Shown here in pieces: positions 39,000 through 51,607 of a DNA stretch of 64,000 nucleotides; within the stretch, counting starts at the first letter, position 1, and every line of letters starts with the position of its first letter. Source of the DNA: an uncultured Bacilli bacterium. GTDB taxonomy: Bacteria; Bacillota_I; Bacilli_A; RF39; UBA660. Both the position numbers and the translations under genes were made by a program. The stretch covers positions 986 through 64,985 of the forward strand of contig CALVJQ010000005.1 in NCBI GenBank assembly GCA_944332265.1, given 5' to 3'. The notes beneath the pieces are model-generated. The model was given only the letters and a program-made list of their open reading frames with translations. It ran no database searches and had not been told where the DNA came from.

Positions 39000-39262
39000 T
39001 ATTGTAATAATTTTATTTTCTTTTTTTATTAAATTATATTTTAATTCTAGAGGATTAGATGTTGTTTGTCTTGTAAAATTAAATGAATGGAATTTAGTAA
39101 TACCATTGTTTATATAACCATTGTTAGATTTGTGATAGCCAAATAATTTATAAAGATATTTTAACCACTATGTGTGAACTAATAATTTTCTATATATCTG
39201 GTCTAAATCTCTTTGAGTTAAATCTTCATCAATATAATGATTTTTTTAAATGTAAAATTTTC

Positions 39263-39290
39263 CAATAAAAAAATGCGAATATTCGCATTT
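39263..39290 (-). terminator. Rho-independent terminator after rpoC
   Basis: Perfect 20-nt palindrome AAATGCGAATATTCGCATTT (39271-39290) immediately after the TAA, then a T-run. Confidence 0.75.
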
Positions 39291-42200
39291 TTATATTAAT
39301 TGTTCAGCAATATCATTTTCAATAGTTTCTTTAGTTGCACTTTCATTTTGTTGTTCTAAAATGGCAGCTTCTTCTTTAATTTCTTCGTCATCTATAAGTT
39401 GTTCTTCAAGAAATTCACTTGGTTCATCACTCATGAATTCTTTTTCAAGAATCATTTCAATGTTACTATATTGTTTTGCTCCTGTACCAGCAGGGATTAA
39501 TTTACCAATAATAACATTTTCTTTTAGACCTCTTAAGTCATCAACTTTACCACGAATAGCAGCTTCAGTTAGAACACGAGTTGTTTCTTGGAATGATGCA
39601 GCTGATAACCATGAATCAGTTTCTAGAGAACTCTTAGTAATACCTAACATAATTGGACGACCTGTAGCAGGTACTCCACCATTTAGAATTACTGGTTTAT
39701 TAGCAGCATTAAATTCGTGAATTGAAACTGATAATCCTTCTACTAAATCAGTATCTCCACCATCGATAATTTTCATTTTAGAAATCATACGACGTACGAT
39801 AACTTCGATATGTTTGTCGGAAATATCAACACCTTGAGATTTATATACTTTTTGGATTTCTTTTAAGATATAACTTTCAGCTGTAATAGGATCTGTTACT
39901 GCTAGTAATTCTTTTGGACTTACTGAACCTTCAGTTAATTGTTCACCAGCAACAACATCTTGGCCTACTTCAACACGAAGTTTAGAATTGTATAGAGTTG
40001 TATGTTCACGAGATTCAACATCATTTTGAACAACAATTTTATGTTTACCATTAGCAGCTTCTATGCTTACTACTTTACCTGTTATTTCAGAAATAGTTGC
40101 TTTAGCTTTTGGATTACGTGCTTCGAATAACTCTTCTACACGTGGAAGACCTTGAGTAATATCGGCATCTCCACCATGAGCAACACCTCCTGAGTGGAAA
40201 GTACGCATTGTAAGTTGTGTACCTGGTTCACCAATTGATTGAGCAGCCATAACACCAACAGCTTCACCAGTTTCAACAAGATTACCAGTTGCTAGGTTAC
40301 GTCCATAACATTTTTGACATACGCCATATTGGCTCTTGCAAGTTAGAGCACTACGTATTTCAACTTTTTTGATACCTGCTTTAACAATCTTTTTAGCTAA
40401 GTTTTCATTAATCATTTCGTTACGATCAACGATAACTTCTTTGGTTTCAGGATTTATAACTTTAGTAGCTGTATAGCGACCTATGACACGATCTTCAAGT
40501 GATTCAATAACTGTTCCACTCTTTTCATCGATGAAGTCTTCAACTACAATACCAGATATAGCGCCACAATCTTCTTCTTTAACAATAATATCTTGAGCTA
40601 CGTCAACTAAACGACGAGTCATATATCCAGAGTCAGCAGTACGTAAAGCTGTATCGGCAGAACCTTTACGAGCACCATGAGTACTTAAGAAGAATTCTGA
40701 AACGTTTAATCCTTCGATGAAGTTTGATTTAATAGGAATTTCTACTGGTTGACCATTTGGTTTAGCCATTAAACCACGCATACCAGCCAATTGAGTAAAG
40801 TTTCCAGCATTACCACGAGCTCCAGAGTTCATCATCATGAATATTGGATTTTTGTGGTCGCCACTACTGATACCTTTTAACTCTGCTTCAACATCATCTT
40901 TAGTATCATTCCATACTTGAATAACATTGTTAAATCTTTCTTCTTCAGTAATTAAACCTCTTTGATATTGTTTATTAATTTTATCAACTTTTTCTTGAGC
41001 AGCCTCGATTTTTTCATTTTTATCTTTAGCTTCTTGAATATCAAATGCTGATACAGTGATTCCAGCAATTGTTGAATATTTAAAGCCTAAATCTTTCATG
41101 GCATCTAGAACTGCTGATGTTTCAGTTGTTTTGTAACGTTTGAATATTTGAGCAATTATTTGTGACAAATTCTTTTTAATAAATGGATCAACAGGTTTCA
41201 TTTCTGCTATAGCTTCTTTAATATTTGTTCCCATACTTAAGAAGAATTTGCTTGGAGTAATATTTTCAATATTTTCTTTACTTGCTTCATTTATATAAGG
41301 GAATGAATCAGGTAATATTTCATTAAAGATAAGTTTTCCTGCTGTTGTAACAAGATATTTATCTTTTTGATCATCAGTAAATAATTTATATTTAAATGAT
41401 TTTACTGGGATAGCAATTCTCGTATGTAAAGTTATTTCTTTTCTTTCATAAGCCATTATAGCTTCATTAGAGTTTTTATATACTTTACCTTCATTTTCTT
41501 CGCCTGGCTCTTCAATAGATAGATAGTAGTTACCTAAAACCATATCTTGTGAAGGCGTAACAATTGGTTTACCTGATTTAGGATCTAGGATGTTTTGAGC
41601 TCCTAGCATTAATAAACGTGCTTCAGCTTTAGCTTCTTCAGATAATGGAACATGGACAGCCATTTGGTCACCATCGAAGTCAGCATTAAATCCTGTACAA
41701 ACTAATGGATGAAGACGAATTGCTTTACCACCTACTAATTTTGGCTCAAATGCTTGAATACCAAGTCTATGTAGAGTTGGAGCACGGTTTAGTAATACTG
41801 GATGTTCAGTTATACAATCTTCAACAACATCCCATACACATTCGTCACGACTCTCAATTAATTTTTTAGCTCCTTTAATGTTATGTGCTAAGCCTCTTTC
41901 AACTAAGCCATGAATAACATGAGGTTTAAATAATTCTAGAGCCATTTCTTTTGGAATACCACATTGATACATTTTTAAGTTTGGGCCTACACATATAACA
42001 GAACGACCAGAGTAATCAACACGTTTTCCTAGTAAGTTTTGACGGAAACGTCCTTGTTTTCCTTTTAGCATACTTGATAAAGATTTTAATGGACGATTAC
42101 CAGCAGCAGTTATACTACGACCACGACGACCATTGTCGAATAGAGAATCAACAGCTTCTTGTAACATACGTTTTTCATTTTGAACGATAATTGTAGGAGC

Positions 42201-43025
42201 TCCTAATTCTAATAATTTTTTCAAACGATTATTACGATTTATAATACGACGATATAAGTCATTTAAATCTGAAGTAGCAAAACGACCACCATCAAGTTGA
42301 ATCATAGGTCTAATATCTGGTGGGATTACTGGTAAGGCTTCTAGAATCATCCATTCTGGCTTATTTCCAGATTCTTCAAAAGCAACTAAGCAATCAAGAC
42401 GTTTTACTAAACGAATTCTTTTTTGACCTGTAGTATTTTCTAGTTCTTTTCTTAGTTCAGCAACTTCTTTACTAACGTCTACTTCTTTTAATAATTCTTG
42501 AATAGCTTCAGCACCCATACCTACTTTAAAAGTATTGCCATATTTTTCATAGTATGCACGGTATTCTTTATCTGATAGAGTTTGTTTTTTCTCTAATGGT
42601 GCTTGACCTGGGTCAATAACAACATAGCTAACAAAATATAATACTTCTTCTAGATCTCTAGGAGACATATCTAGAACTAGACCCATTTTTGATGGTACGC
42701 CTTTAAAGAACCAGATATGTGAACATGGAGAAGCTAGTTCAATGTGTCCCATACGTTCACGTCTAACTTTTGAACTAGTAACTTCTACTCCACATCTATC
42801 ACAAATTACATTTTTATATCTTAGTCTTTTATATTTACCACAAGAGCATTCATAGTCTTTAGATGGTCCAAATATTCTTTCACAAAACAATCCATCGCGT
42901 TCTGGTTTAAGAGTACGATAATTGATTGTTTCAGGTTTTTTTACTTCGCCATAAGACCAACTTCTGATTTTTTCAGGAGATGCAATTCCTATTTTGATAC
43001 CTTTAAAGCTGTTAGCATCTATCAT
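39291..43025 (-). CDS. rpoC: DNA-directed RNA polymerase subunit beta'
   Basis: 1244 aa with the catalytic NADFDGDQM motif and a Zn-binding Cys cluster near the N-terminus. Confidence 0.99.
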   Translation of the reverse strand: MIDANSFKGIKIGIASPEKIRSWSYGEVKKPETINYRTLKPERDGLFCERIFGPSKDYECSCGKYKRLRYKNVICDRCGVEVTSSKVRRERMGHIELASPCSHIWFFKGVPSKMGLVLDMSPRDLEEVLYFVSYVVIDPGQAPLEKKQTLSDKEYRAYYEKYGNTFKVGMGAEAIQELLKEVDVSKEVAELRKELENTTGQKRIRLVKRLDCLVAFEESGNKPEWMILEALPVIPPDIRPMIQLDGGRFATSDLNDLYRRIINRNNRLKKLLELGAPTIIVQNEKRMLQEAVDSLFDNGRRGRSITAAGNRPLKSLSSMLKGKQGRFRQNLLGKRVDYSGRSVICVGPNLKMYQCGIPKEMALELFKPHVIHGLVERGLAHNIKGAKKLIESRDECVWDVVEDCITEHPVLLNRAPTLHRLGIQAFEPKLVGGKAIRLHPLVCTGFNADFDGDQMAVHVPLSEEAKAEARLLMLGAQNILDPKSGKPIVTPSQDMVLGNYYLSIEEPGEENEGKVYKNSNEAIMAYERKEITLHTRIAIPVKSFKYKLFTDDQKDKYLVTTAGKLIFNEILPDSFPYINEASKENIENITPSKFFLSMGTNIKEAIAEMKPVDPFIKKNLSQIIAQIFKRYKTTETSAVLDAMKDLGFKYSTIAGITVSAFDIQEAKDKNEKIEAAQEKVDKINKQYQRGLITEEERFNNVIQVWNDTKDDVEAELKGISSGDHKNPIFMMMNSGARGNAGNFTQLAGMRGLMAKPNGQPVEIPIKSNFIEGLNVSEFFLSTHGARKGSADTALRTADSGYMTRRLVDVAQDIIVKEEDCGAISGIVVEDFIDEKSGTVIESLEDRVIGRYTATKVINPETKEVIVDRNEMINENLAKKIVKAGIKKVEIRSALTCKSQYGVCQKCYGRNLATGNLVETGEAVGVMAAQSIGEPGTQLTMRTFHSGGVAHGGDADITQGLPRVEELFEARNPKAKATISEITGKVVSIEAANGKHKIVVQNDVESREHTTLYNSKLRVEVGQDVVAGEQLTEGSVSPKELLAVTDPITAESYILKEIQKVYKSQGVDISDKHIEVIVRRMISKMKIIDGGDTDLVEGLSVSIHEFNAANKPVILNGGVPATGRPIMLGITKSSLETDSWLSAASFQETTRVLTEAAIRGKVDDLRGLKENVIIGKLIPAGTGAKQYSNIEMILEKEFMSDEPSEFLEEQLIDDEEIKEEAAILEQQNESATKETIENDIAEQLI

Positions 43026-46000
43026 AGTTCTTCACCTTCCTCTTCTTCACCTGGATAATCGATATCATCTAAACTTTCTTCAAATTCATCTTCTTCTTCT
43101 AATTCATCTAAATTTTCAGGATCAGATGGTTCTTCTGGTGGTTCAGTTTCGATTATTTCTTTGCCTATTTCATTTATTGAAATAGCTTCGTCTTCATCTT
43201 CATGTTCTAAGTCTTGAATATCACATATTTCATCGTTTTCATTTACTATTTGGATATCTAAACCTAGAGCTTGGAATTCTTTTAATAATACACGGAAGCT
43301 TTCTGGCATTCCAGCTTGACTTAGAGTCTTACCTTTGACCATTGCTTCGTAAATTTTAACACGGCCAACAACATCATCAGATTTAACGGTCATCATTTCT
43401 TGAAGAACATGAGCAGCACCATAAGCATATAATGCCCAAACTTCCATTTCACCAAATCTTTGACCACCAAATTGGGCTTTACCACCTAGAGGTTGTTGAG
43501 TAACCATTGAGTATGGGCCAGTTGAACGAGCATGTAGTTTATCATCTACCATGTGATGTAACTTAATCATGTACATTACACCAACTGATACACGGTTTTC
43601 AAATGGTTCACCGGTACGACCATTGTATAGTATTGTTTTTCCGTCTGGATCAATTCCAGCAGCTTTTAATTCAGCACTAATATCATCCATTGTTGCACCA
43701 TCAAATACTGGAGTAGCATAATGTAACCCTAATTTTTTACCAGCCATTCCTAAATGTAATTCAAGGATTTGACCGATATTCATACGTGATGGAACACCTT
43801 GTGGGTTAAGAACGATATCAACTGGACGACCATCTGGTAAATATGGCATATCTTCTTCTGGTAAGATAAGAGAGATAACACCTTTGTTTCCATGACGACC
43901 TGACATTTTATCGCCAACTTGAATTTTTCTCTTTTGAATTATATATACACGAACTACTTTTGAAACACCAGCAGCTAGCTCATCAGAATTTTCTTTAGTA
44001 TATATTTTAACATCATGAACGATTCCACCTGCTCCATGGTCTACACGAAGACTTGTATCACGAACTTCACGAGTCTTTTCACCAAAAATAGCATGTAGTA
44101 ATTTTTCTTCACTTGTTAATTCTTGAACACCTTTTGGAGTAACTTTTCCAACTAGGATATCGCCATCTTTAACTTCTGTTCCGATACGAACAATACCATT
44201 AGCATCAAGATTTTTACGAGCTTCCTCACCAACGTTTGGAATATCTCTTGTAATTTCTTCTGGTCCTAATTTTGTATCACGGCAATCGATATCATAGTGT
44301 TCTATATGTAGAGATGTATATACATCTTCTTTAACTAATCTTTCATTTAAAACAACAGCATCTTCATAGTTATAACCATTACATGTCATGAAAGCGATTG
44401 TCATATTTTTTCCTAAAGCTAATTCACCTTTGTCTGTTGATGGACCATCAGCAATAACTTCGCCTTTATGAATTTTATCACCTTTTTTAACTAATGGATG
44501 ATGATTAATATTAGAGGCATCATTACTTCTTTCAAAGTTAGCTAGATAATAGATATCTTCGCCATTTGCTGTTTTAGCAATTATTTTTTTACCATCAGCA
44601 TATTCGATAACACCATCAGCTTTAGCAACAATTGTTGAACCTGAATCACGAGCAGCAATATATTCCATACCAGTTCCAACAATAGGTGCTTCAGTTGTTA
44701 GCAATGGAACAGCTTGACGTTGCATGTTGGCACCCATTAAGGCACGAGTCGCATCATCGTGTTCAAGGAATGGGATACAACTTGTTGTGATTGAAACGAT
44801 TTGGTTTGGTGCAACATCGACAAAATTAACTTTTTCTTTTGGAATCATAACGGTATCGCCATTTAAACGAGCGATAACTTTATCATCAACTATTTTATTA
44901 TCGTCATCAATATTTAATGTTGCTTGAGAAATATAATAGTCTGCTTCTTCATCAGCAGTTAAATAAACTATTTCGTCAGTTAATTTAGTATCAACAACTT
45001 TACGATATGGAGTCATAATAAAACCATATTCATTAATCTTAGCATAAGATGCTAAAGAGGTAATAAGTCCGATATTTTGACCTTCTGGTGATTCAATTGG
45101 ACAAATTCTACCATAGTGACTTGGGTTTACGTCACGAACTTCCATACCTGCTCTTTCTCTTGAAAGACCTCCAGGTCCTAAGCAAGAAAGACGTCTTTTA
45201 TCAGTTAATTCAGCAATTGGATTAATTTGATCCATGAATTTTGATAATTGAGAACTACCAAAGAATTCTTTTAAGCAAGCTGTAACTGGACGAATATTAA
45301 TTAAGGTTTTAGGAGTTACGGTATCAATTTCTTGAGTAGTCATTCTCTCACGAATAACTCTTTCCATACGAGACATTCCTACACGGAATTGAGTTTGAAT
45401 TAACTCACCTACTTGACGAACACGTCTATTTCCTAAATGATCGATTTCATCGTCATTACCAATACCATATTGAAGATTTAAATAATATGATACAGAGGCA
45501 TAGATATCAGAAATTGTTAAACGACGTGAATCAATACTTTGATCATTACCAATTATTTTGTGAATAATTGTTTCATCGTCTTTATCATATACTTTAACTT
45601 CTTGAATTTTATTATATTCATCTAATTCTTCGTTAATAGTTACTTCTTTTAGACCATAACCATTTTGGAATAATGGACGAATTTTTTCTAATATATCTTT
45701 AGTTATAACAGTTCCATTTGGAACGATAACTTCTTTACCATCTTTAATATCTTCAGCTATTTTTTGACCTAATAAACGATCTAAAACATTTAATTTTTTA
45801 TTGAATTTATAACGTCCAACTTTTTGTAAATCATAACGGAATTTATCAAAGAATCTAGTAATTAATTGGTTCTTTGCAGAATCTAGTGTTGCTGGTTCTC
45901 CTGGTCTTAATTTTTCATAAATTTCAATTAAAGCTTCATCAGAATTTTTTGTACTATCTTTTTCTAAAGTATTAATTAAGTATTTATCTTCACCAAATAC

Positions 46001-46624
46001 TTCAAGAATTTCTTCATTAGTAGATAAACCTAAAGCTCTTAAGAAAGCTGTAATTACAACTTTACGAGTACGATCAATACGAACATAGAAAATATCTCTA
46101 GCATCTAGTTCATATTCTAGCCACGTACCTTTATTAGGGATTATTTCCCCAGAGATAATTTTTCTACCGTTTTTATCAATTTCTTTTTTGTAATAAACTG
46201 ATGGACTTCTTACTAATTGAGAAACGATAACACGCTCAGCACCATTAATAATGAAAGTACCAGCATCTGTCATTAATGGTAAGTCGCCTAAGAAGATTTC
46301 TTGTTCTTTTACTTCGCCGGTTTCATGAATAAATACACGAGCTTGAACCTTTAATGGAGCTGCATAGTTAACCATACGCTCTTTTGCTTCTTTTACTGTG
46401 TATCTTGGAGTTTCAAAATAGTAATCACCAAGTTCAAGGGAAATATTACCAGTGAAACTTTCTACAGGAAATAAATCTTCAAATACTTCCTTGATTCCTT
46501 CTTCTAGAAATCTTTGATAAGATTTCTTTTGAATTTCTAGTAAATCTGTTAATTCTAAGGTGTTTTTTACTCTTGAGAAAGTTTTTCTTTCTCTATGGTC
46601 GCCAAATTTTGCCATTTTAGCCAT
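43022..46624 (-). CDS. rpoB: DNA-directed RNA polymerase subunit beta
   Basis: 1200 aa with the conserved [13 protein letters not shown] block and an acidic C-terminal tail. Overlaps rpoC by 4 nt. Confidence 0.99.
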   Translation of the reverse strand: MAKMAKFGDHRERKTFSRVKNTLELTDLLEIQKKSYQRFLEEGIKEVFEDLFPVESFTGNISLELGDYYFETPRYTVKEAKERMVNYAAPLKVQARVFIHETGEVKEQEIFLGDLPLMTDAGTFIINGAERVIVSQLVRSPSVYYKKEIDKNGRKIISGEIIPNKGTWLEYELDARDIFYVRIDRTRKVVITAFLRALGLSTNEEILEVFGEDKYLINTLEKDSTKNSDEALIEIYEKLRPGEPATLDSAKNQLITRFFDKFRYDLQKVGRYKFNKKLNVLDRLLGQKIAEDIKDGKEVIVPNGTVITKDILEKIRPLFQNGYGLKEVTINEELDEYNKIQEVKVYDKDDETIIHKIIGNDQSIDSRRLTISDIYASVSYYLNLQYGIGNDDEIDHLGNRRVRQVGELIQTQFRVGMSRMERVIRERMTTQEIDTVTPKTLINIRPVTACLKEFFGSSQLSKFMDQINPIAELTDKRRLSCLGPGGLSRERAGMEVRDVNPSHYGRICPIESPEGQNIGLITSLASYAKINEYGFIMTPYRKVVDTKLTDEIVYLTADEEADYYISQATLNIDDDNKIVDDKVIARLNGDTVMIPKEKVNFVDVAPNQIVSITTSCIPFLEHDDATRALMGANMQRQAVPLLTTEAPIVGTGMEYIAARDSGSTIVAKADGVIEYADGKKIIAKTANGEDIYYLANFERSNDASNINHHPLVKKGDKIHKGEVIADGPSTDKGELALGKNMTIAFMTCNGYNYEDAVVLNERLVKEDVYTSLHIEHYDIDCRDTKLGPEEITRDIPNVGEEARKNLDANGIVRIGTEVKDGDILVGKVTPKGVQELTSEEKLLHAIFGEKTREVRDTSLRVDHGAGGIVHDVKIYTKENSDELAAGVSKVVRVYIIQKRKIQVGDKMSGRHGNKGVISLILPEEDMPYLPDGRPVDIVLNPQGVPSRMNIGQILELHLGMAGKKLGLHYATPVFDGATMDDISAELKAAGIDPDGKTILYNGRTGEPFENRVSVGVMYMIKLHHMVDDKLHARSTGPYSMVTQQPLGGKAQFGGQRFGEMEVWALYAYGAAHVLQEMMTVKSDDVVGRVKIYEAMVKGKTLSQAGMPESFRVLLKEFQALGLDIQIVNENDEICDIQDLEHEDEDEAISINEIGKEIIETEPPEEPSDPENLDELEEEDEFEESLDDIDYPGEEEEGEEL

Positions 46625-46693
46625 TATGTTTCACCCCTATACCTAATTTTTTTCTGTTTTTTTGACGAAAAAACAATACGTCACCAATTTATA

Positions 46694-46722
46694 ATTTTAC
46701 GTGATGTAAAGTTTGTTGTCAA
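46694..46722 (-). promoter_or_regulatory. Candidate rpoB promoter
   Basis: On the minus strand: TTGACA (46717-46722), 17-nt spacer, TAAAAT (46694-46699). It overlaps the stop of the upstream methyltransferase gene. Confidence 0.45.
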
Positions 46723-47318
46723 TGTTTTTTGGCTTTAATAATATAAAAGCCTTTGCTTTTAGTTACTATTTCACATTTGTAGATATTATTCAAATGTTCA
46801 ATAGCACTTTTAGCTCCCTGATTTTTTCTTATAACCATCCAGAGCTCACCATCCTCTTTAAGATAGTCTCTTGCTCCATCTAAGATGCCATAAACTACTA
46901 TTTTCCCTGCTCTGATTGGGGGATTCGTTATAATTAAATCATATATATTAGTAATATTTTCATAAATATTACTTTCTAACACTTGGCATAAACTTTTAAC
47001 ATTGTTATTTTCGCTATTCCGTTTAGCTAAGTGAAGAGCTCTTTTGTTAACGTCGCACATTGTTACATGGGCATTTAAAAATTTAGCTAGTGATATACCT
47101 AAGAAGCCATATCCACAGCCAACATCTAATATATCTAAATTTTTTTTATTAACATTTTTTAAAACCGTTTCTAAAAGTAAGGTACTGCCATAATCTAGTT
47201 TATCTTTTGAGAAAACTCCATTATCGCTATAAAAAGACAGAGTTTGCCCATCTTTCTTATAAATAATTGTACGTAGTTCACTTTTTAGGTCAGGGTTATT
47301 TGTAAAATATTGTTCCAA
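46719..47318 (-). CDS. Class I SAM-dependent methyltransferase (RsmC/YbxB-like small-domain MTase)
   Basis: SAM motif I ILDVGCGYGFLG and NPPI motif IITNPPIRAGK. TTG start. Occupies the same position relative to rpoB as B. subtilis ybxB. Confidence 0.8.
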   Translation of the reverse strand: MEQYFTNNPDLKSELRTIIYKKDGQTLSFYSDNGVFSKDKLDYGSTLLLETVLKNVNKKNLDILDVGCGYGFLGISLAKFLNAHVTMCDVNKRALHLAKRNSENNNVKSLCQVLESNIYENITNIYDLIITNPPIRAGKIVVYGILDGARDYLKEDGELWMVIRKNQGAKSAIEHLNNIYKCEIVTKSKGFYIIKAKKH

Positions 47319-47454
47319 AGAATCACCATCTTCTTTTATAAGACAATAATATATTTAATTATATACTTAATGACTTGGAAAGTCAATAAATGTAGAACAT
47401 ATTGTACTTTTTTTTGACGAAAATTGCAAGAGAAAATTGCAAAAAAAAATTTAT

Positions 47455-48378
47455 TTACTGTTCATAAGTAAATAAATCTTGTTCATTTATTTTTTCACGG
47501 AAGTGATTTACTTTATTAGTCCATGATTCAGAGAAAGAATTAACATTTCCTTTTACATAAACACCAGATAGTTTAGCAACGGCATCTGGACTAGATAAAT
47601 CGATATTATAGTTATCAACGAAATATTTAATAGAAATCACATGGGCTATTATTCCAGCTTCAAGAGTTGTGAATTTCATCCAGCCACCTATTCCTCTTAA
47701 ACCACCGATGTTATTACTATAATTAAATAAAGAACTAGTCATAACTCCTGTTTCTTCATGGACAATTGCTAAAACAATACTCTTATCTAAATCGTATAAA
47801 TCACAAATTTTACCTAGATATTGTTCAAATGTTAAGCCATTATCCATATATATTTTTCCATCTATAATATTTCTCTTAGTAGTTGGTGTTTCATCTAGAC
47901 GAATCTCCGCAATTGATGAACCATATCTTTCAGGATAACGGTATAGATCTCGAACAAAGTAGACAACACCAGCTTCAAATGATTTAAATGGCTTAATTTT
48001 TTTAGCTAAGTTGTCAGGGGCGATAATATAATCTTCAAGATATTTAGAATCTGTAAAATTATTAGTTAAACGATGAGCAATTTCTAATGTTTTTTCAATA
48101 TTAAGTTTGAAATTACCAGCATAGTAAATAATTGTATTATCTTTTTGGCGAGAAGTTATCATCTCATCTAATTTTTGAATATATGAAATATCAGATAAAT
48201 TCCAGTTGGTTTCTTCTTTGGTATTTGGTGATGATTGATTATTAGATGATACTTCGTTAGCAAATATTTTATTTTTATTTATCATGAAACCTAAAGACGC
48301 TATTAAAAGTAATAACAAAATAGGTAAAGTTAGTAAAACTTGTTTTCTAAGACGTAATTTATGTCTTTTATTTGTCAT
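47455..48378 (-). CDS. Membrane-anchored glucosaminidase-domain protein
   Basis: N-terminal TM helix. The C-terminal region VHEETGVMTSSLFNYSNNIGGLRG resembles the LytD/FlgJ glucosaminidase signature. Confidence 0.55.
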   Translation of the reverse strand: MTNKRHKLRLRKQVLLTLPILLLLLIASLGFMINKNKIFANEVSSNNQSSPNTKEETNWNLSDISYIQKLDEMITSRQKDNTIIYYAGNFKLNIEKTLEIAHRLTNNFTDSKYLEDYIIAPDNLAKKIKPFKSFEAGVVYFVRDLYRYPERYGSSIAEIRLDETPTTKRNIIDGKIYMDNGLTFEQYLGKICDLYDLDKSIVLAIVHEETGVMTSSLFNYSNNIGGLRGIGGWMKFTTLEAGIIAHVISIKYFVDNYNIDLSSPDAVAKLSGVYVKGNVNSFSESWTNKVNHFREKINEQDLFTYEQ

Positions 48379-48483
48379 ACAATTTCTCCTTTGTATGTTT
48401 ATATTGTACTTTATATTTTTTTAGAAGTCAATTTCTTAAAAAAAGCTGATGGTACTTAATGTTAATTAACTTTAATTTGACAG

Positions 48484-49713
48484 TTATTTAAATTCTTTAG
48501 TGAAATTACCATTTTCGATAATGGTAATTTCATGATTATCAGGTGTTATACCAGTAATTTTTAAGTCTTTTGTTCCTACCATAAAGTCAACATGGTTAAG
48601 GCAAGAATTTAAATAATATTGAGAAATTTCAGATTTAGTTAAATTTATGCCATCTTTTAAGCATTCAATAAATGAATTACCTAAAGCGAGATGACATGAA
48701 GCGTTTTCATCAAATAATGTTTCAAAAAATATTATATTAGATTTAGATATTGGGGAATCATATTCAACTAGGGCAACTTCACCTAAGCGATCCATATTAG
48801 GGCAACTATTTATTAGCTCTTTAAGATTTTCTTCCCCTACTTTAGCTTTGCAATCTATTAATTGTCCTTTATTAAAGCGAAGATAAAATTTATCAATAAT
48901 ATTATCTTGATATACTAATGGTTTGCTACTATAGATAATCCCTTCAGCCGAATTAGCTGTTGGGGATGTGAAAACTTCTTCAGTAGGAAAATTAACTAAA
49001 ACGGAAGAACCATCTTTTAAAATCTCACGACCTGATGCCCAAAGATGATTTTTAGGTAAGCCGATAGTAAAGTCTGTTCCTAAAGAATTTTCGTATTTTA
49101 AAGTTTTAAATTGATAAGCATTTAGTTTTTGACATCTTTCATGTAATTTATTTATTTTATCTTGCCATATTTTTTCGACATCTTTAGAATTTATTAAACA
49201 AATATTTAAAATTTCGTGCCATAGTTTATTTAGTGGGTCTTTAGCATTAGGAAAAATTTCTTGAGCCCATTTTAGATTAGGAACAGCAGCAATGCACCAA
49301 GGAATTTCTAATCTGTCGCGTAAAGTGTCAAAGTCTTTTCGAGTTTCATAACTATAAGTTGTCATTTCATTTAGTTTAGAGACGGATATATCTTTCATTA
49401 AACCAGGCATATCAGATGAAAGCATTAGAAAGGCTGCTCCTTTTTTAGCATAATCATTCCATTCTTCTTTATGCCAATATGACATTTTCTTTAAATCAGT
49501 AACTTCTAGATTTAATAAAGCATCATGTTTAAGATAAGGGTCAAAAATATCAAAATATATTTCTTTAACTCCTAATTTATAAGCTTCATTAGCTACAAGG
49601 CGAATGAAGTCGCTAATTTCATTATTTGCACTTATAAATAATGGTTGATTTGGTTTTATATTTAAACATTCTTTTAAAATTATATTAGCATATTTAATTT
49701 TTAAATCATCCAT
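48484..49713 (-). CDS. M29 family aminopeptidase (AmpS/PepS-like)
   Basis: 409 aa. The N-terminus KYANIILKECLNIKPNQPLFISA and overall length fit thermophilic-metalloprotease M29. Confidence 0.8.
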   Translation of the reverse strand: MDDLKIKYANIILKECLNIKPNQPLFISANNEISDFIRLVANEAYKLGVKEIYFDIFDPYLKHDALLNLEVTDLKKMSYWHKEEWNDYAKKGAAFLMLSSDMPGLMKDISVSKLNEMTTYSYETRKDFDTLRDRLEIPWCIAAVPNLKWAQEIFPNAKDPLNKLWHEILNICLINSKDVEKIWQDKINKLHERCQKLNAYQFKTLKYENSLGTDFTIGLPKNHLWASGREILKDGSSVLVNFPTEEVFTSPTANSAEGIIYSSKPLVYQDNIIDKFYLRFNKGQLIDCKAKVGEENLKELINSCPNMDRLGEVALVEYDSPISKSNIIFFETLFDENASCHLALGNSFIECLKDGINLTKSEISQYYLNSCLNHVDFMVGTKDLKITGITPDNHEITIIENGNFTKEFK

Positions 49714-49762
49714 TTTATCACTCTTTTCTTTTTTTATTATAGCATTAAAAAAGCTAGTTATA

Positions 49763-51487
49763 CTAGCTTTCTAACGGAATTAATTTGCCTCCACCTTGTA
49801 AATTATATGTGCGTCCTTCTAACCATTCATTATTAGCCGAATTATAATAAACATTATAACCATTTGAACGAATATATTTACGGACATTTTTTCTTAAATA
49901 ATCAGTCTTTGTTATTTGTAAAATATTAATATAAGAATCACCAGTTAATTCCCATCTTGAATCATAATCAAATGTTACATCGACATTAGCTGATAAATTG
50001 TCAACATTTATTTTTCCTTCGTAAGTGCTATTATTTAAATTTAAACGAACTTTACTATTAGAATCAACAATTATTTCCCCAGTTAATTCTTGATCAGTAG
50101 CAGTTAATGTAACACTTGCAGCATTATCACCTATATCTCCATATTCACTATTAGCTACAGCTTTTAGTAAGATATCACTACCATAATTTAAAGTTGTATT
50201 AGTAATATTTATATTAGCTTCTGTATTAGTTAAATAAAATAATGGTGTTTTATCATACCAAGATGAATCTTTATTTATTTCAATAATAGAATCGATAATA
50301 TCTAGTTTAGCACTAGTATAGTTATTACTTGCACTAGCTGATTCTTGGCTATATATTAGGAAAGCTCCTAAGTATTCATTAATAGTTTTATCTTGACCAT
50401 TAGTTATTAAATTAGCATTTGTTAGTTCTAAAGAATTTCGATCTTCTATTATAGCAAGGTATGAATTTGAAGTTCCTTTAATATTTAAAGCTTCTATTTT
50501 ACCTTTACTATATAATAGTGTACTATTTTGGCCTTCGGTTATAATAGTTGAATCATTTATGTTAATTAAACTATTAGCATCAAGTGTTTTAATAGCATCA
50601 GAATTATTTCCTTTGGTTTTAATTTCGCTATTACTTATATCTATCTTTGCTTCGCTTGAGGCATTTAAAGCACTTGAGTTATCTTTGTCTGTAGATAATT
50701 CAACATTATTTAAAGTAGCTGTCGTTTCAAGACCTGTTGCAAAAAAGGCTGAAGAATAAAAAATAGAACTACTTAATTTACTATCTTCTAAGAATATTTC
50801 ACTACCTTCTTTAGCGATAAAAGTCGAATTGAGACCATATAGAGTACTACTATCAAAGTCTGTTGATTTACCACTTTCTTTAGTTAATTCAAGATTTGTG
50901 GCATTATATTTAGCTTTATTAGATACTTGAATAACTGATTTGTTATCTTCTTTACTTATTTCACGTAAATTACTTACATTTTCATTTTTAGTTACTTCAA
51001 TTACAGCCATTGATTTTTCAGTAATACTTTTCGTATCATAACTATTTAATATTTTTTTATCTGTAGCTATTACAAATGAAGTAGGAATAATAGAACAAGC
51101 TAGAACTAAAAGAGTACATGTGTAAATTAATTTTTTAGTCGTATTTATTTGGCTATTTAAAGAATATTTACCAAACTTAGTAATTATTAAATAGAAAATA
51201 ACAAGAGTAAAGATAATTGATGAAGAGATGATAATTGATAATTCAGAAGTATTATATTTATTAGTCTCTTCTTCTTTTTCGGTATTGGCTCCAGCAACTG
51301 CTCCTTCTTCCATTAAAGGTATTTCATCGGAATATGATTCAGAATAGGTTCCAATTTCTAAATCTTTTTGTTCTTGTTCTTTGATTACTCTTTCTTGAGC
51401 TAAGTTCGTAGTTATATAATTAGTTGATATAGTTAAGCCAAGCAAAGCTAAACAGATTATTATTAAAATTATTTGTCTTTTTTTCAT
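49763..51487 (-). CDS. Membrane-anchored S/N/T-rich repeat protein (beta-helix-like)
   Basis: N-terminal TM, acidic linker, a second hydrophobic block, then about 400 aa of degenerate repeats of the type SxLxxxNSxIxTxG. Confidence 0.5.
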   Translation of the reverse strand: MKKRQIILIIICLALLGLTISTNYITTNLAQERVIKEQEQKDLEIGTYSESYSDEIPLMEEGAVAGANTEKEEETNKYNTSELSIIISSSIIFTLVIFYLIITKFGKYSLNSQINTTKKLIYTCTLLVLACSIIPTSFVIATDKKILNSYDTKSITEKSMAVIEVTKNENVSNLREISKEDNKSVIQVSNKAKYNATNLELTKESGKSTDFDSSTLYGLNSTFIAKEGSEIFLEDSKLSSSIFYSSAFFATGLETTATLNNVELSTDKDNSSALNASSEAKIDISNSEIKTKGNNSDAIKTLDANSLININDSTIITEGQNSTLLYSKGKIEALNIKGTSNSYLAIIEDRNSLELTNANLITNGQDKTINEYLGAFLIYSQESASASNNYTSAKLDIIDSIIEINKDSSWYDKTPLFYLTNTEANINITNTTLNYGSDILLKAVANSEYGDIGDNAASVTLTATDQELTGEIIVDSNSKVRLNLNNSTYEGKINVDNLSANVDVTFDYDSRWELTGDSYINILQITKTDYLRKNVRKYIRSNGYNVYYNSANNEWLEGRTYNLQGGGKLIPLES

Positions 51488-51571
51488 ACTTTCACCTAAT
51501 CTCTGTTCTTTACATATTTTGGTTTTTTAGAAAGAACTATTCATTATTCTAACATATATTATTTTTTTTCG

Positions 51572-51602
51572 TATAAAAAAACATATGTTTTGACATATGT
51601 TT
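51572..51602 (-). terminator. Rho-independent terminator after the DedA gene
   Basis: AAACATATG/CATATGTTT stem followed by a T-run on the minus strand. Confidence 0.5.
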
Positions 51603-51607
51603 GATAT

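Noticed and set aside
38954-39262. Possible pseudogene between the Fic module and the rpoC terminator. The minus-strand frame reads ...NHYIDEDLTQRDLDQIYRKLLVHT*.
   Set aside because: There is no start codon, frames of at most ~25 codons are broken by stops in all six frames, and no motif is recognisable. It is mentioned only as relic-like DNA in the islet finding.
39291-46624. The acidic C-terminal tails of RpoB (about 60 aa, E/D-rich) and RpoC, considered as lineage-specific insertions of interest.
   Set aside because: Acidic C-terminal extensions occur in other Firmicute RpoB/RpoC proteins as far as I recall. I cannot judge novelty without an alignment.
46650-46685. Hairpin TGACG...CGTCA in the rpoB leader, plus a similar TTTTTTTGACGAAAA string at 47404-47420, considered as a shared regulatory element or attenuator.
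   Set aside because: The stem is only 5 bp and is not followed by a T-run on the coding (minus) strand. The shared string is short and low-complexity, and is probably a chance match in AT-rich DNA.
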